A stretch of DNA of 64,000 nucleotides, taken from the IMG/VR virus record IMGVR_UViG_3300020573_000227, positions 1-64,000 of that record; one strand, 5' to 3'. Positions 39,732-49,835 of this stretch are shown here, one piece after another (positions within the stretch are counted from its first letter, which is position 1; each line of letters starts with the position of its first letter). The notes under the pieces are model-generated. The model searched no databases. It was not told where the DNA came from and worked only from the letters and a program-made list of their open reading frames with translations. The DNA comes from a virus. A program made the position numbers and the translations under genes.

Positions 39732-41750
39732 ATGTCTGTAGATTTTTTTGAAGATGGCCCAACCACAAATCCTAAAAAGGTAAAGAAGGGTTCTACGACA
39801 CCGATTTTAGATAACTTCTCACGTGATCTTGTAAAGATGGCCGAAGAAGGTAAAATTGATCCGGTTGTTGGTAGAGATAAAGAGGTAAAAAGAATTGCTC
39901 AGATTCTTTCTAGAAAGAAGAAAAACAATGCGGTTATTGTCGGTGATGCTGGTGTCGGTAAATCGGCTTTGGTTGAAAAATTAGCGTTAATGATTTACAA
40001 GGGTGAGTGCCCTACAAGTCTTTTAGACAAAAGAGTTATGTCCTTAGATTTAACATCTTTAGTTGCTGGTACAAAATACCGAGGACAATTTGAGGAGAGA
40101 ATTAAGGCCATTTTAAACGAATTACAAGAATCACCAAACGTAATTGTTTTTATTGACGAATTACACACCATGGTCGGTGCTGGTAACGCGAGTGGTTCAA
40201 TGGATGCCGCAAATATATTAAAACCAGCATTAGCGAGAGGAGAGATACAATGTATTGGAGCAACCACATTAGATGAATTTAAAAAACATATCGAAAAGGA
40301 CGCCGCACTTGTTAGACGTTTTCAAAAGGTATTGTTAAAGGAACCAACACAATCAGAGACTGTCGAGATTTTAAAAAATCTTCTTCCGTCATACGAAGAA
40401 TTTCATAAAGTAAAATATGAAGAGGGGGTTGTAGACACTATTGTTAAACTTTCTTCAAGATATATCACTGACAGACAATTTCCCGATAAGGCTATCGATG
40501 TATTAGATGAATTGGGTTCAGAAAAAAGAGTAATTTCAAGAATACCCGAATCTATTGAAAAGTTAAAAAAAGAGGTAGACGAAATTAAGGAGAGAAAACT
40601 ATTGGTTGTAAAAAATCAAAATTACGAACAAGCGGCTAAGTTAAGGGATGAAGAGAAAAAAGTTATTACTAAGCTTGAGGAGGAAAAAAACAAATGGTCC
40701 GAAAAACAAAAAGATAATAAAACACCGGTAAGTGTTGATGATGTTTATAACATTGTAACCGATATGACCGGTGTTCCAATTACTAAACTCGATTCCAAAG
40801 AGACACAAAAATTACTAAAGTTAGAAGAAACACTTTCAGCAAAAGTAATTGGTCAGACCGAAGCGATTACCACCATCTCAAAATCGATTAGACGTAATCG
40901 TGTGGGTATTAAAGACGCTAATAAACCAATCGGTTCATTTATCTTTATTGGTTCCACTGGTGTCGGTAAAACGTTTTTAGCAAAATCAATTGCGGATACT
41001 TTATTTGGTGACCCTGAGAAAATCATTCGTGTTGATATGAGTGAATTTATGGAGAAACACAACGTATCAAAATTAATCGGTTCTCCTCCGGGGTATGTTG
41101 GATATGATGAAGGAGGCCAATTGACTGAAAAGGTTAAGAATAATCCATTCTCGGTTATTTTGTTTGATGAGGTCGAGAAGGCACATAAAGACGTGTTTAA
41201 TCTTTTATTACAAATTTTGGATGAGGGTCATTTAACCGATTCATTTGGTCGTAAGGTTAATTTCACCAATACCATTATTATCATGACATCAAATGTTGGT
41301 GCAAAGAGAGTATCTGAATTTGGTGGAGGTGTTGGGTTTAACACAAAAGGTACGGATGAACAAACATACGAGGTTAAAAAATCCATGATTCAAAAGTCAT
41401 TAAAACAACAATTTAATCCCGAGTTTTTAAATCGTATTGACGATATTATTCTATTCAATTCATTAACAGAAGACGTTCTTAAGAAGATTATTAATATTGA
41501 GGTTGGTAAACTTGTTAATAGACTTAAAGATAAGAACTACAAGGTTTCATTTGATAAAACAGTAATCAGTAGAATTTTTGAACTTAATGTTCAAGAAGAA
41601 TACGGAGCTCGTCCAATTAAGAGAATTATACAAAACCTATGTGAAGATTTTCTTAGTGAAGAAATTTTAAAAGGTAATATCATTGAAAATCAACAAGTTA
41701 CCTTAAAATATAAAGACGAAAAATTAAATATTGTGAAAAAAATCTTATAA
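39732..41750 (+). CDS. clpC: ClpC-type AAA+ unfoldase lacking the N-terminal Clp-repeat domain
   Basis: Two NBDs (GDAGVGKS; GSTGVGKT), UVR-like M-domain (QNYEQAAKLRD), GSPPGYVG, GVGF loop. Confidence 0.9.
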   Translation: MSVDFFEDGPTTNPKKVKKGSTTPILDNFSRDLVKMAEEGKIDPVVGRDKEVKRIAQILSRKKKNNAVIVGDAGVGKSALVEKLALMIYKGECPTSLLDKRVMSLDLTSLVAGTKYRGQFEERIKAILNELQESPNVIVFIDELHTMVGAGNASGSMDAANILKPALARGEIQCIGATTLDEFKKHIEKDAALVRRFQKVLLKEPTQSETVEILKNLLPSYEEFHKVKYEEGVVDTIVKLSSRYITDRQFPDKAIDVLDELGSEKRVISRIPESIEKLKKEVDEIKERKLLVVKNQNYEQAAKLRDEEKKVITKLEEEKNKWSEKQKDNKTPVSVDDVYNIVTDMTGVPITKLDSKETQKLLKLEETLSAKVIGQTEAITTISKSIRRNRVGIKDANKPIGSFIFIGSTGVGKTFLAKSIADTLFGDPEKIIRVDMSEFMEKHNVSKLIGSPPGYVGYDEGGQLTEKVKNNPFSVILFDEVEKAHKDVFNLLLQILDEGHLTDSFGRKVNFTNTIIIMTSNVGAKRVSEFGGGVGFNTKGTDEQTYEVKKSMIQKSLKQQFNPEFLNRIDDIILFNSLTEDVLKKIINIEVGKLVNRLKDKNYKVSFDKTVISRIFELNVQEEYGARPIKRIIQNLCEDFLSEEILKGNIIENQQVTLKYKDEKLNIVKKIL

Positions 41751-41863
41751 ATATTTTGTTTTTTTAATAAATTATATATATTTATATTCTCAGAGGTTCT
41801 CTTTGTCGATTACCTTTTCGTTTTTTTTCATAAGTAAGTGGGGTTGAACTCACCGAAAGACCT

Positions 41864-41895
41864 TAAACCCCGACATCTCGTTGGGGTTTTTTTTT
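41864..41895 (+). terminator. Intrinsic terminator
   Basis: AAACCCCGAC-ATCTC-GTTGGGGTTT followed by a T-run. Confidence 0.75.
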
Positions 41896-41939
41896 ATTAA
41901 TATTTGGTTATTAGGAATAAATTTAGTATATTTACCTAT

Positions 41940-42164
41940 ATGAAAAAATATACATTTATTTTCGCTATTGGTGCTATGTTAGCATTAACGGCATGTGGTT
42001 CAGGGTCAACCACAACTGAAACAACAGACTCCACGTCGGTTAATTTAGATTCTACTGCGGTAGCTGCAACAGACTCAACAACCTCAGAAATTACTTCTGG
42101 TGGTGCAAATACGACGACTACTGATGATGGTTTAAAGAAACCTTTAGTAGAAGAAGTAAAATAA
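41940..42164 (+). CDS. Small Thr/Ser-rich lipoprotein
   Basis: ATG 41940; MKKYTFIFAIGAMLALTA-C lipobox. Confidence 0.75.
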   Translation: MKKYTFIFAIGAMLALTACGSGSTTTETTDSTSVNLDSTAVAATDSTTSEITSGGANTTTTDDGLKKPLVEEVK

Positions 42165-42209
42165 AAATACGGCCGGGTAATACCGGCCTCATTTTTAAAA
42201 TTAGAAAAA

Positions 42210-42632
42210 ATGGAAAAAGAATATGTGGGTGATTTAATACTGTTAAGAGGAGTACCTGGTAGTGGAAAAACCACGTTAGGTAATATAATTCTTTTTAATA
42301 CTCAATCAAATATTCAAGATGTGTTATCTGCGGATAATTTTTTTGTTAATGAAAAGGGTGAATATATTTTTGAAGCAACAAAATTAAAAGAAGCCCATAA
42401 TGATTGTCAAGTAAAATGTGCCGAAAGAATGAGAAATCAATTTTCTAAAATTGTTGTTGCTAACACATTTACCCAAGAGTGGGAAATGGAACCATATTTC
42501 ACAATGGCGGAAAGATACAATTATAGAATACACAGTGTAATTGTGGAAAATAGACACGGTAACAAGAATGTTCATAATGTTCCCGATGAAAAAATATCAG
42601 CGATGACTAATAGATTTGAAATTAAACTATGA
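42210..42632 (+). CDS. Polynucleotide kinase-like P-loop protein (AAA_33/N4BP2-like)
   Basis: LILLRGVPGSGKTT, SADNFF, EAH, VANTF, HNVP. Confidence 0.85.
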   Translation: MEKEYVGDLILLRGVPGSGKTTLGNIILFNTQSNIQDVLSADNFFVNEKGEYIFEATKLKEAHNDCQVKCAERMRNQFSKIVVANTFTQEWEMEPYFTMAERYNYRIHSVIVENRHGNKNVHNVPDEKISAMTNRFEIKL

Positions 42633-42633
42633 T

Positions 42634-42822
42634 ATGAAACTTTATTTAGATTTTAATACTTCGGTATGGTCCGTACATGTTATTCCATGTATTAGTTTAT
42701 ATTTTGATGCTCATTCCCCTCATGTTCATAGTAGATTATTTAGAGATGGTATAAGTGGTTTATATTTTTCATTATCTTGGTTAAAATGGACTTTTACAAT
42801 TGGTATTCATAAAAAAATCTAA
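42634..42822 (+). CDS. Small hypothetical protein
   Basis: MKLYLDFNTSVW..., between kinase and ligase; start uncertain. Confidence 0.4.
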   Translation: MKLYLDFNTSVWSVHVIPCISLYFDAHSPHVHSRLFRDGISGLYFSLSWLKWTFTIGIHKKI

Positions 42823-44012
42823 TGATAAAATTTTTAGAGGGATATCACACAGATGGTTTGTTACATAAACAGACTCACCCAACTCTTGATTTAACTATTT
42901 GGAATTATTCCCCAAAAGTTCAATACGAAAGATTGTGGGATGAAATTACTTTGCAATGTCGTGGATTAGTTACTAATTCAAAAGGTGAAATTGTTGCTCG
43001 ACCATTCAAAAAATTCTTTAATTACGAAGAACACAAACCAGAAGATTTGCCAAATGAATCTTTTGAGGTTTATGAAAAAATGGACGGATCTTTAGGTATA
43101 CTTTTTTATTACGAATACGAATTGAGTGATGAAAGAAGATATAACATTTGGTTTAATAACAATTACGAAACAGGTATGGAAAGGTTTTTTGACCCGAACA
43201 ACTTACCTGATTATGACAATTCATATTATGAACCAACACCAAAGACTAAGGGTGAATGGATAATAGCAACTCGTGGGTCATTCACATCACCACAAGCAAT
43301 TAAAGGTAAAGAACTTTTAGAGAAGTATAATTTTGAAAGATTACACACGGGATACACATATTTGTTTGAAATAATTTATAAAGAGAATAGAATAGTTTGT
43401 GATTATGATTATGATGATCTTGTTTTGTTAGGTATGATAAATACAAAAACAGGCGACGAGATTAATATCCATAATGATTATGAAGATGTTCGTTTTAAAA
43501 ATATGATATCCAATATCGGGTTTCGTGTTGTTATGTTATATAAAACGTGGGGAGAAGGGTATGATTTATTAAAAGAAGAAATATCTAATGATAGAGAAGG
43601 TTATGTGATTCGTTTCAAGAATGGATTTCGTATGAAAATCAAAGGTGAAGAATACAAAAGATTGCATAGAATCTTAACCAACATATCTAACAGAGACATA
43701 TGGGAATATTTGAAAGATAATAAACCATTTGATGAATTACTTGAAAAGGTACCTGATGAGTTTAATGATTGGGTTAAAGAAACGGTTAGAGATTTTACAA
43801 TTAGATTTGATAATATTAACAAAGACTATATTGAGATTTATGAAAATTTAAAATCACGAAATTTAGATAGAAAAGAGTTTGCAATCAGAGCAAAACAATA
43901 TAGACATTCTAACATTTTATTTAACATGTTAGACGGAAAAGAACATAAACAAAATATTTGGAAAATTATATATCCAAATTATTCAAAACCATTTAAGAAA
44001 GATGAAAATTGA
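42822..44012 (+). CDS. T4 Rnl1-type RNA ligase
   Basis: CRGL, RPFKKFFN, EKMDGSL, ATRGSF, FEII, EGYVI, KIKGEEY. Confidence 0.92.
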   Translation: MIKFLEGYHTDGLLHKQTHPTLDLTIWNYSPKVQYERLWDEITLQCRGLVTNSKGEIVARPFKKFFNYEEHKPEDLPNESFEVYEKMDGSLGILFYYEYELSDERRYNIWFNNNYETGMERFFDPNNLPDYDNSYYEPTPKTKGEWIIATRGSFTSPQAIKGKELLEKYNFERLHTGYTYLFEIIYKENRIVCDYDYDDLVLLGMINTKTGDEINIHNDYEDVRFKNMISNIGFRVVMLYKTWGEGYDLLKEEISNDREGYVIRFKNGFRMKIKGEEYKRLHRILTNISNRDIWEYLKDNKPFDELLEKVPDEFNDWVKETVRDFTIRFDNINKDYIEIYENLKSRNLDRKEFAIRAKQYRHSNILFNMLDGKEHKQNIWKIIYPNYSKPFKKDEN

Positions 44013-44484
44013 GAGGAAAAGATTATACTTGGACGACGTTAGAACTCCAATAGGGGACGATTGGATTATTGTTCGTAATTACGATGAGTTTGTATCAACC
44101 ATTAAATTCCACGGACTAGAAAATTTTGATGTGATTTCATTGGATCATGATTTGGGTGAACAATCTATGGTTGAATACTACACTAATGTAAAAAATAATT
44201 ATAAATTAGATTATAATAACATAGTCGATGAAAAAACTGGATATGATTGTTGTAAATTTTTAGTTAGTGAAAGTATGTCAAAAAACATACCATTACCTCA
44301 AATATACGTTCATTCGGCAAATCCAATAGGTAGTGCAAATATGATGGGTTACATTAACAATTATTTTAAGAATAGTAAATCGCCACAGACATGTATTAGA
44401 GTAGAAATAAAACACACTATAGACGAAAGTCATCACTTGTCACCAGAGGCAAGAAAGGCTAAATGGGATAGAACAAAAAATTAA
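44002..44484 (+). CDS. Cyclic-phosphate-processing receiver-like domain protein
   Basis: LYLDDVRTP, ISLDHDLG, TGYD, VHSANP.G; directly follows the RNA ligase. Confidence 0.75.
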   Translation: MKIERKRLYLDDVRTPIGDDWIIVRNYDEFVSTIKFHGLENFDVISLDHDLGEQSMVEYYTNVKNNYKLDYNNIVDEKTGYDCCKFLVSESMSKNIPLPQIYVHSANPIGSANMMGYINNYFKNSKSPQTCIRVEIKHTIDESHHLSPEARKAKWDRTKN

Positions 44485-44491
44485 ATTATAT

Positions 44492-45160
44492 ATGTATCAA
44501 GGAGTTCAAATTTATCAAAAAGAAGATAAAAGAATTATTTCGTTTTTAAGATGTGGACATCGCACAATTAAGGAATTAAAAGACGACAATGGGTTTTCAT
44601 TTTTTAAAAACTTACCTATTGGTCCTGAATTTGTAAAAATTTATGACATTTATTCTTACACAGGAAAAACATTTTTTGTTATTCGTGACCCGTTTGAACA
44701 TTTGTTAAGTGCCATTACATTTACAATGGGTATTAACTATGACGATTCAATTAACAAGAACGGAACTTTTCACCTACTAGAAGATGAAGAAAAGTTACAA
44801 TTAACCATTAATGAAATTTTTGAGCAAAAAGATAATTTTCATTGGGTCGACAAAAGATATCAATTTATCTACAAATCAATCGCAACTAATTTAAATAAAG
44901 AATTTGATTATGAATTTGTTTTATTAAAGAATTTAACTCAATTTCTTAAAAATGAATTTGATGTAGATAAAGTACCTAACATAGAAAATTTTGGTCACCC
45001 CAATTATACTCCGGCTTATGTAATGAAATTATTAAAATTACGTAGGTATGATAATATTAAAAATTTAGTTGATATGTGTTTTATTGAAAGGTATTATTAC
45101 TATCTTTTGAAGGACGATAAAATAAAAATAAATTTTTTACACGATTCCATTTTTTATTAA
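44492..45160 (+). CDS. Sulfotransferase-family-like protein (degenerate motifs)
   Basis: FLRCGHRTI and FFVIRDPFEHLLSA resemble PAPS-binding motifs. Confidence 0.45.
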   Translation: MYQGVQIYQKEDKRIISFLRCGHRTIKELKDDNGFSFFKNLPIGPEFVKIYDIYSYTGKTFFVIRDPFEHLLSAITFTMGINYDDSINKNGTFHLLEDEEKLQLTINEIFEQKDNFHWVDKRYQFIYKSIATNLNKEFDYEFVLLKNLTQFLKNEFDVDKVPNIENFGHPNYTPAYVMKLLKLRRYDNIKNLVDMCFIERYYYYLLKDDKIKINFLHDSIFY

Positions 45161-45198
45161 AAAAAAATACTATTTTTGTAATAATAAACTACTACCAC

Positions 45199-45552
45199 AT
45201 GCCAATCTCCAAAAAACCTAAACAATCGTATTTCAAGGAATTATTCATAGAGGGAAGATATAAAGATTTTAATGATTTTTATGACGAAAATAAATTTATT
45301 ATATATAAATCCATCATTGATATTTTCTTAGAATTTAAAAAAACCAATAAAAAAACATTAACCCTAAACATATCCGCAAAAATTAAGGGGATGGATTGGG
45401 ACACGGAATTCACCTTTAATAGAAATGAAACGATTGTTTTGAAAAGAGACGTTTTACCTTACTTTGAAGATATTGAGGATTATGAATCTTGCTCCGAAAT
45501 ATTAAATTTATACAAAGACTTGACATTTCAAAAAGAAAGTATTATAATTTAA
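45199..45552 (+). CDS. Hypothetical protein with UVR-like C-terminus
   Basis: FEDIEDYESCSEI. Confidence 0.5.
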   Translation: MPISKKPKQSYFKELFIEGRYKDFNDFYDENKFIIYKSIIDIFLEFKKTNKKTLTLNISAKIKGMDWDTEFTFNRNETIVLKRDVLPYFEDIEDYESCSEILNLYKDLTFQKESIII

Positions 45553-45620
45553 ATGTATCAGGAGAGAGGTACATTTATTTTTTGTCATATCCCCGGTGGT
45601 TTTAATCATCGGGGATTTTT

Positions 45621-47060
45621 TTATAGTATCATTCTTGAACCGATTAGGAAGTTACTTAACCACGGTGTTCCCGAAGCGGTGTTCCCACTCAATTTGTAGT
45701 TAAAACTAAACCCAAATCTTTTACTCAACTTGTAATCAAACGAACTACCCAATAAAAATCCCATATGTCGATTAACGGTGGATGTTCCCGCAACAGTGTT
45801 CCAAGATAATGGTGCAAACATTGTAAATAGTTGTGGGGACACCGTTAACTTTTTACTATATTGATATGGTTTAGTCCAAAAAGCAACAACCGATGATGAC
45901 ATGTTATAATCATAGTTATCTTTTTCATTTTTAAGAAATAGATTTATCAATCCCAAATTATATCCAAATACACCATATTTTGGTGTTGGTTTAATCCACG
46001 TGTAACCCAACAAATTCATGTAATTTCCATTCAAATACGCAAATGCTGTTGAATATGAATGTATAGCCTTTAATTTACCTTCTGAAAAATCCATTTTAGT
46101 GTATCCACCACTGACAATAAATGTTTTTAAGTCACTCATAATAACTGTATTTGCGGAATAACTTTCATCTCCCATCAATGACGATTTAGACACCCCAATA
46201 GTGGCCGATTGTAACCATCGACCATCTGGAGATTCAATTGTGGATAAATCGGATGACAATAACATTGGGTTAGAAACTACAGCCTTTTCTTTTTTCTTCT
46301 CTTCTTTCTTTTCCTCTTTTTTCTCTTCTTTTTTCTCTTCCGATTTAGAATCCTCTTTCTTTTCTTCTTTAGATTCTGATTTAGCCTCTTCTTTCTTTTC
46401 CTCACTCTTACTTTCAGATTTAGATTCGGATTTAGATTCAGATTTAGATTCTGTTTTAGCTTCGGTCTTTGTTTCTGTTTTTGTTTCAGAAGATGAAGAT
46501 GATCCACTACTTGATGACGAACCACTTGATGAAGATGATGAACTTCCACTACTTGCTGGCGGAGGTGTCGATGAACTACTACTTGTTGGTGGTGGAGTAG
46601 TGGGTGGTGGAGTTGATGCCGCTGAACTCGCGGCGGCGGAACTTGCACTTGAACTAGCAGCAGAACTTGCCGATGATGATGCCGCACTACTTGCCGCACC
46701 ACTGGCAGCAGAACTAGCGGCAGCAGAAGCGGCCGATGCCGCCGCATTACTTGCGGTTTGTGCCGCCGCGTTTGCTACCGTTTGTTGAACAATTGGATTA
46801 TTAATTACAGGACAAGTCAATGCCTCATATGTTGCTTTAGTTGTAAATAACCAAGTCTGAACAATTCCCGTTTGTACTTCCATAGGGGTAAATGTTCTTA
46901 CTTGATTGTAAAAAGACACGGTAGCATTACCATTTATAATGGTTGTTGTTGCTATCTTTTTTTCACCACTACATTTATCAATAAATGTTTGTGTGTATGT
47001 TTGTCCAAAAGATTTACCACAAAAAAACAATATTAGGAGAGAGATAATATATTTTTTCAT
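45621..47060 (-). CDS. Secreted protein: N-domain, Ala/Ser/Pro/EK linker, C-terminal putative beta-barrel
   Basis: Signal peptide ending SFG-Q; alternating aromatic strands (GSSFDYKL, FGFSFNYKL). Confidence 0.65.
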   Translation of the reverse strand: MKKYIISLLILFFCGKSFGQTYTQTFIDKCSGEKKIATTTIINGNATVSFYNQVRTFTPMEVQTGIVQTWLFTTKATYEALTCPVINNPIVQQTVANAAAQTASNAAASAASAAASSAASGAASSAASSSASSAASSSASSAAASSAASTPPPTTPPPTSSSSSTPPPASSGSSSSSSSGSSSSSGSSSSSETKTETKTEAKTESKSESKSESKSESKSEEKKEEAKSESKEEKKEDSKSEEKKEEKKEEKKEEKKKEKAVVSNPMLLSSDLSTIESPDGRWLQSATIGVSKSSLMGDESYSANTVIMSDLKTFIVSGGYTKMDFSEGKLKAIHSYSTAFAYLNGNYMNLLGYTWIKPTPKYGVFGYNLGLINLFLKNEKDNYDYNMSSSVVAFWTKPYQYSKKLTVSPQLFTMFAPLSWNTVAGTSTVNRHMGFLLGSSFDYKLSKRFGFSFNYKLSGNTASGTPWLSNFLIGSRMIL

Positions 47061-47061
47061 T

Positions 47062-47895
47062 TTAAAAATTGATACCTAAACCAAAGGTACCGTTACGAAT
47101 TACCGGGTCATAGTCATACTTTATTGTTATATTTTTGAAATCGTGTAATATTCCAACTTTAACAGTTGCGAATCTATCTTTATATTTTGGGAAAGTAATA
47201 TATCCAATATCATCTTTACCTCTCCACTTCACATCTTCCGTCACACTACCAATCATAAGGTGAATACCCGTTCTTTTAATCCTCTTACCAACACCAACAT
47301 AGAAATTTCTTTGTTCTATCAAATCACTTACCATTGGAAAATCGACTTGTGTTATATTACCATAAGGAAAGAATGTTGAATTATCTCTTTCAAATGTTGA
47401 GTTATACTCAGCAATAAAATATGCTTTAGTCCCTATTGTAAAAAATCCACCAATCTGATTACCACCTGTTTTCTGAATACCAAAGCTGACGATTGGTCTC
47501 TTACCTTTAATGGTGTCCAATTTTCCATTATCATAAACATACACTCTTGCAGGTTGTCTATAACCCCAATCGTTTAAGTAAAAGCCTGGGTTCCAAAAGT
47601 TCCAACCAAATGCAGGTGCCCCCCACATATCCCATCTATTCCATCCCCATCCAAAATTATTCATTAACCATGGGTCTCTAACAATTATATTTGAACCCGG
47701 TCTTGTTCTTATAGGTCTATCATACCCTCTTGATGGTGGTTGACTCCTCCAATTACTAACATCGTTTCTTTGTGGGGTTGATGGTTGTATTGATGGTGTG
47801 GACCTTTGAGGTGTTGGAGGGTTATTTCTCCATGATGACACTTGTCCTAACACAATAGTTGGGGTGAGTAATAATAATATTAATAACGTTTTCAT
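47062..47895 (-). CDS. Putative outer-membrane beta-barrel protein with Pro/Arg/Trp-rich N-region
   Basis: Signal peptide; ends FGLGINF (BAM beta-signal-like). Confidence 0.65.
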   Translation of the reverse strand: MKTLLILLLLTPTIVLGQVSSWRNNPPTPQRSTPSIQPSTPQRNDVSNWRSQPPSRGYDRPIRTRPGSNIIVRDPWLMNNFGWGWNRWDMWGAPAFGWNFWNPGFYLNDWGYRQPARVYVYDNGKLDTIKGKRPIVSFGIQKTGGNQIGGFFTIGTKAYFIAEYNSTFERDNSTFFPYGNITQVDFPMVSDLIEQRNFYVGVGKRIKRTGIHLMIGSVTEDVKWRGKDDIGYITFPKYKDRFATVKVGILHDFKNITIKYDYDPVIRNGTFGLGINF

Positions 47896-47972
47896 ATGAT
47901 TATTCTTTTATTATAAATATAAAAAAAGGAGGTTATTACACCTCCTTTTAAATAATTCTTAATGTAATTAAA

Positions 47973-48692
47973 CTATTTTGTGAATATTCCTTTTTTAATC
48001 ATTCTATCAAGGATGTTAGCACATGCAATATCTAAAGCCTTTTTAGTTGCTATGGAAATTGTTGATTGATTAAATTTTATTGGGTCTACAGTTGCATCAG
48101 ATAAAAGGGTTAACTCTCTTTTTGTGGTTGCCTCACCTAAACCCGATCCTCCAAATACAACACCCGTTTCAGCATCTGTAAATCTAACCTGAAGACCTAT
48201 ACGAGTCACCATATTGTCTTGTATACCGTTTTTAAGGTTGATGGTTTCATCTTCCGATACTGAGTAGTCATAACACTCAATCGTAACAAAATACTTCGCC
48301 AAATTGATTTTACCGCGACCGTCTAATTTATTCTCGGAAATACCGGCTTGTGATGCTTGGAATTGTTTTACCATACGATTCTTAATTTCCGTCTTATCTT
48401 CGGTAAATTTGAATCTGTTTAAGTTTTCAAGGTATTCCATTGAAATGTTAGCAACACCAAGTCCCACGCGTTTTTCTTTTAACTCAGGATACATTTCATA
48501 CATCTCGTCAGAAATTCCTGCCTTTAGTATTTGAATTGGGATTTGCGGGCCGTCGTAATCCATGTAGTCACTTATATCTCTTTTCTTCTCAAAGTCGGCC
48601 TTATAGTCTTCCGTTTTAGTTTTACCTATTGTTTGTGCAAATGAGGTTATACTCATGAGTATAATACCTAAAAGTAAAATTATTTTTTTCAT
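47973..48692 (-). CDS. CsgG/HfaB-family protein
   Basis: Signal peptide; GLGVANISMEYLENLNRFKF; IGLQVRFTDAETG...GSGLGEA; SIATKKAL. Confidence 0.65.
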   Translation of the reverse strand: MKKIILLLGIILMSITSFAQTIGKTKTEDYKADFEKKRDISDYMDYDGPQIPIQILKAGISDEMYEMYPELKEKRVGLGVANISMEYLENLNRFKFTEDKTEIKNRMVKQFQASQAGISENKLDGRGKINLAKYFVTIECYDYSVSEDETINLKNGIQDNMVTRIGLQVRFTDAETGVVFGGSGLGEATTKRELTLLSDATVDPIKFNQSTISIATKKALDIACANILDRMIKKGIFTK

Positions 48693-48741
48693 ATTTTTTT
48701 ATTATAAATATTAAAAAGGGGAGTTAAAAACTCCCCTTATA

Positions 48742-48993
48742 TTAACCTTCTAATACTTCCTCTTTCTTTTTGTGAGAGAATTTATCCAAAGTGTCAGCAC
48801 CCATTCCAATTCCCGTGATTAACATAACCGCATTCACCAATTCAGGTGATGGGGCAAAATCCGCGTGAGAGAATGAATTTAAAATCATAGTTATACATAG
48901 GAATAAAGCTCCTATCATAGCTATTACTGGTTTTACTGATATTGACCCTCTTTCATCTTTGAAAAGTTCAATAACCCATTGTTTAAAGTTCAT
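48742..48993 (-). CDS. Small two-TM membrane protein (holin-like)
   Basis: LFKDERGSISVK, two hydrophobic helices, charged tail. Confidence 0.55.
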   Translation of the reverse strand: MNFKQWVIELFKDERGSISVKPVIAMIGALFLCITMILNSFSHADFAPSPELVNAVMLITGIGMGADTLDKFSHKKKEEVLEG

Positions 48994-49022
48994 AGTTTTT
49001 TGTTTTTTGTCTTTTGTTTATT

Positions 49023-49652
49023 TTATCCTTCCGAATGCATTTCTGCGTTTTCATCTTTTATTTTACCACATTTTAAGCATTCTTCAGTTCCGTCTCCGTC
49101 TAGGTCACCCCAAACGTGTTCACATTGTCTATGTGCGAAATACATGTCAATTTTACCGTCGCCGTCAAAATCTATACCGTCCATTGTACCATCACCATCT
49201 TCATCAACTTCAACACCAGTTCTTGGTTGAACGGTTGGTACTTGTTCGAACGTATCGTTTACCTTTTCTATTTTTGAATTTTCAATAGCGGTTTGAAATG
49301 ACTCAGGTATAATTGGTGTGTTATTAGGTGGGGTATCTGGTAAATCGGAGGTATTTGACAACGATGTACCATCTTCCTCATCCATTTTTTGAACTAACAT
49401 CTTATCCTTATCCGTATCACTAAACCAATAGTCAATTATTTTACCATAAGAACCGATGAAAGCTCCTAACAATAATAGAAGAAGTTCTTTCCACTCTCCT
49501 TCTATCGCTGATTTATTTAATATAGCGAAGAACATTCCTCCTATAATAAACATAAATCCACCCAATACTAATGCGGTGATGTACCATCTTCTGGCCATCA
49601 TATTACTTAATAAATCTTTAAAACCACTTGGGGGTTGTTTGTTTTCTTCCAT
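49023..49652 (-). CDS. Two-TM membrane protein with DxDGDG Ca-binding loops and Cys/His cluster
   Basis: Two TM helices; DEDGDG, DFDGDG, DLDGDG; CEH...CLKC. Confidence 0.65.
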   Translation of the reverse strand: MEENKQPPSGFKDLLSNMMARRWYITALVLGGFMFIIGGMFFAILNKSAIEGEWKELLLLLLGAFIGSYGKIIDYWFSDTDKDKMLVQKMDEEDGTSLSNTSDLPDTPPNNTPIIPESFQTAIENSKIEKVNDTFEQVPTVQPRTGVEVDEDGDGTMDGIDFDGDGKIDMYFAHRQCEHVWGDLDGDGTEECLKCGKIKDENAEMHSEG

Positions 49653-49670
49653 CTTTTTCTTTTTTTTAAT

Positions 49671-49829
49671 TTATGGTCTATTCCAAGACCATCCCTTTTT
49701 TCTACCTCTTATTATTAAATAACTACAACCTCCAATAAAAAATGTTAAAAACATCAATGGAGAATTAAATACAAACATAGCTATCATACATAATACGATT
49801 ACGGCTATAAAACTTAATCCCTGTTCCAT
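49671..49829 (-). CDS. 52-aa membrane protein (not in ORF track)
   Basis: MEQGLSFIAVIVLCMIAMFVFNSPLMFLTFFIGGCSYLIIRGRKKGWSWNRP*; fills the operon gap. Confidence 0.6.
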   Translation of the reverse strand: MEQGLSFIAVIVLCMIAMFVFNSPLMFLTFFIGGCSYLIIRGRKKGWSWNRP

Positions 49830-49835
49830 TTTAAA

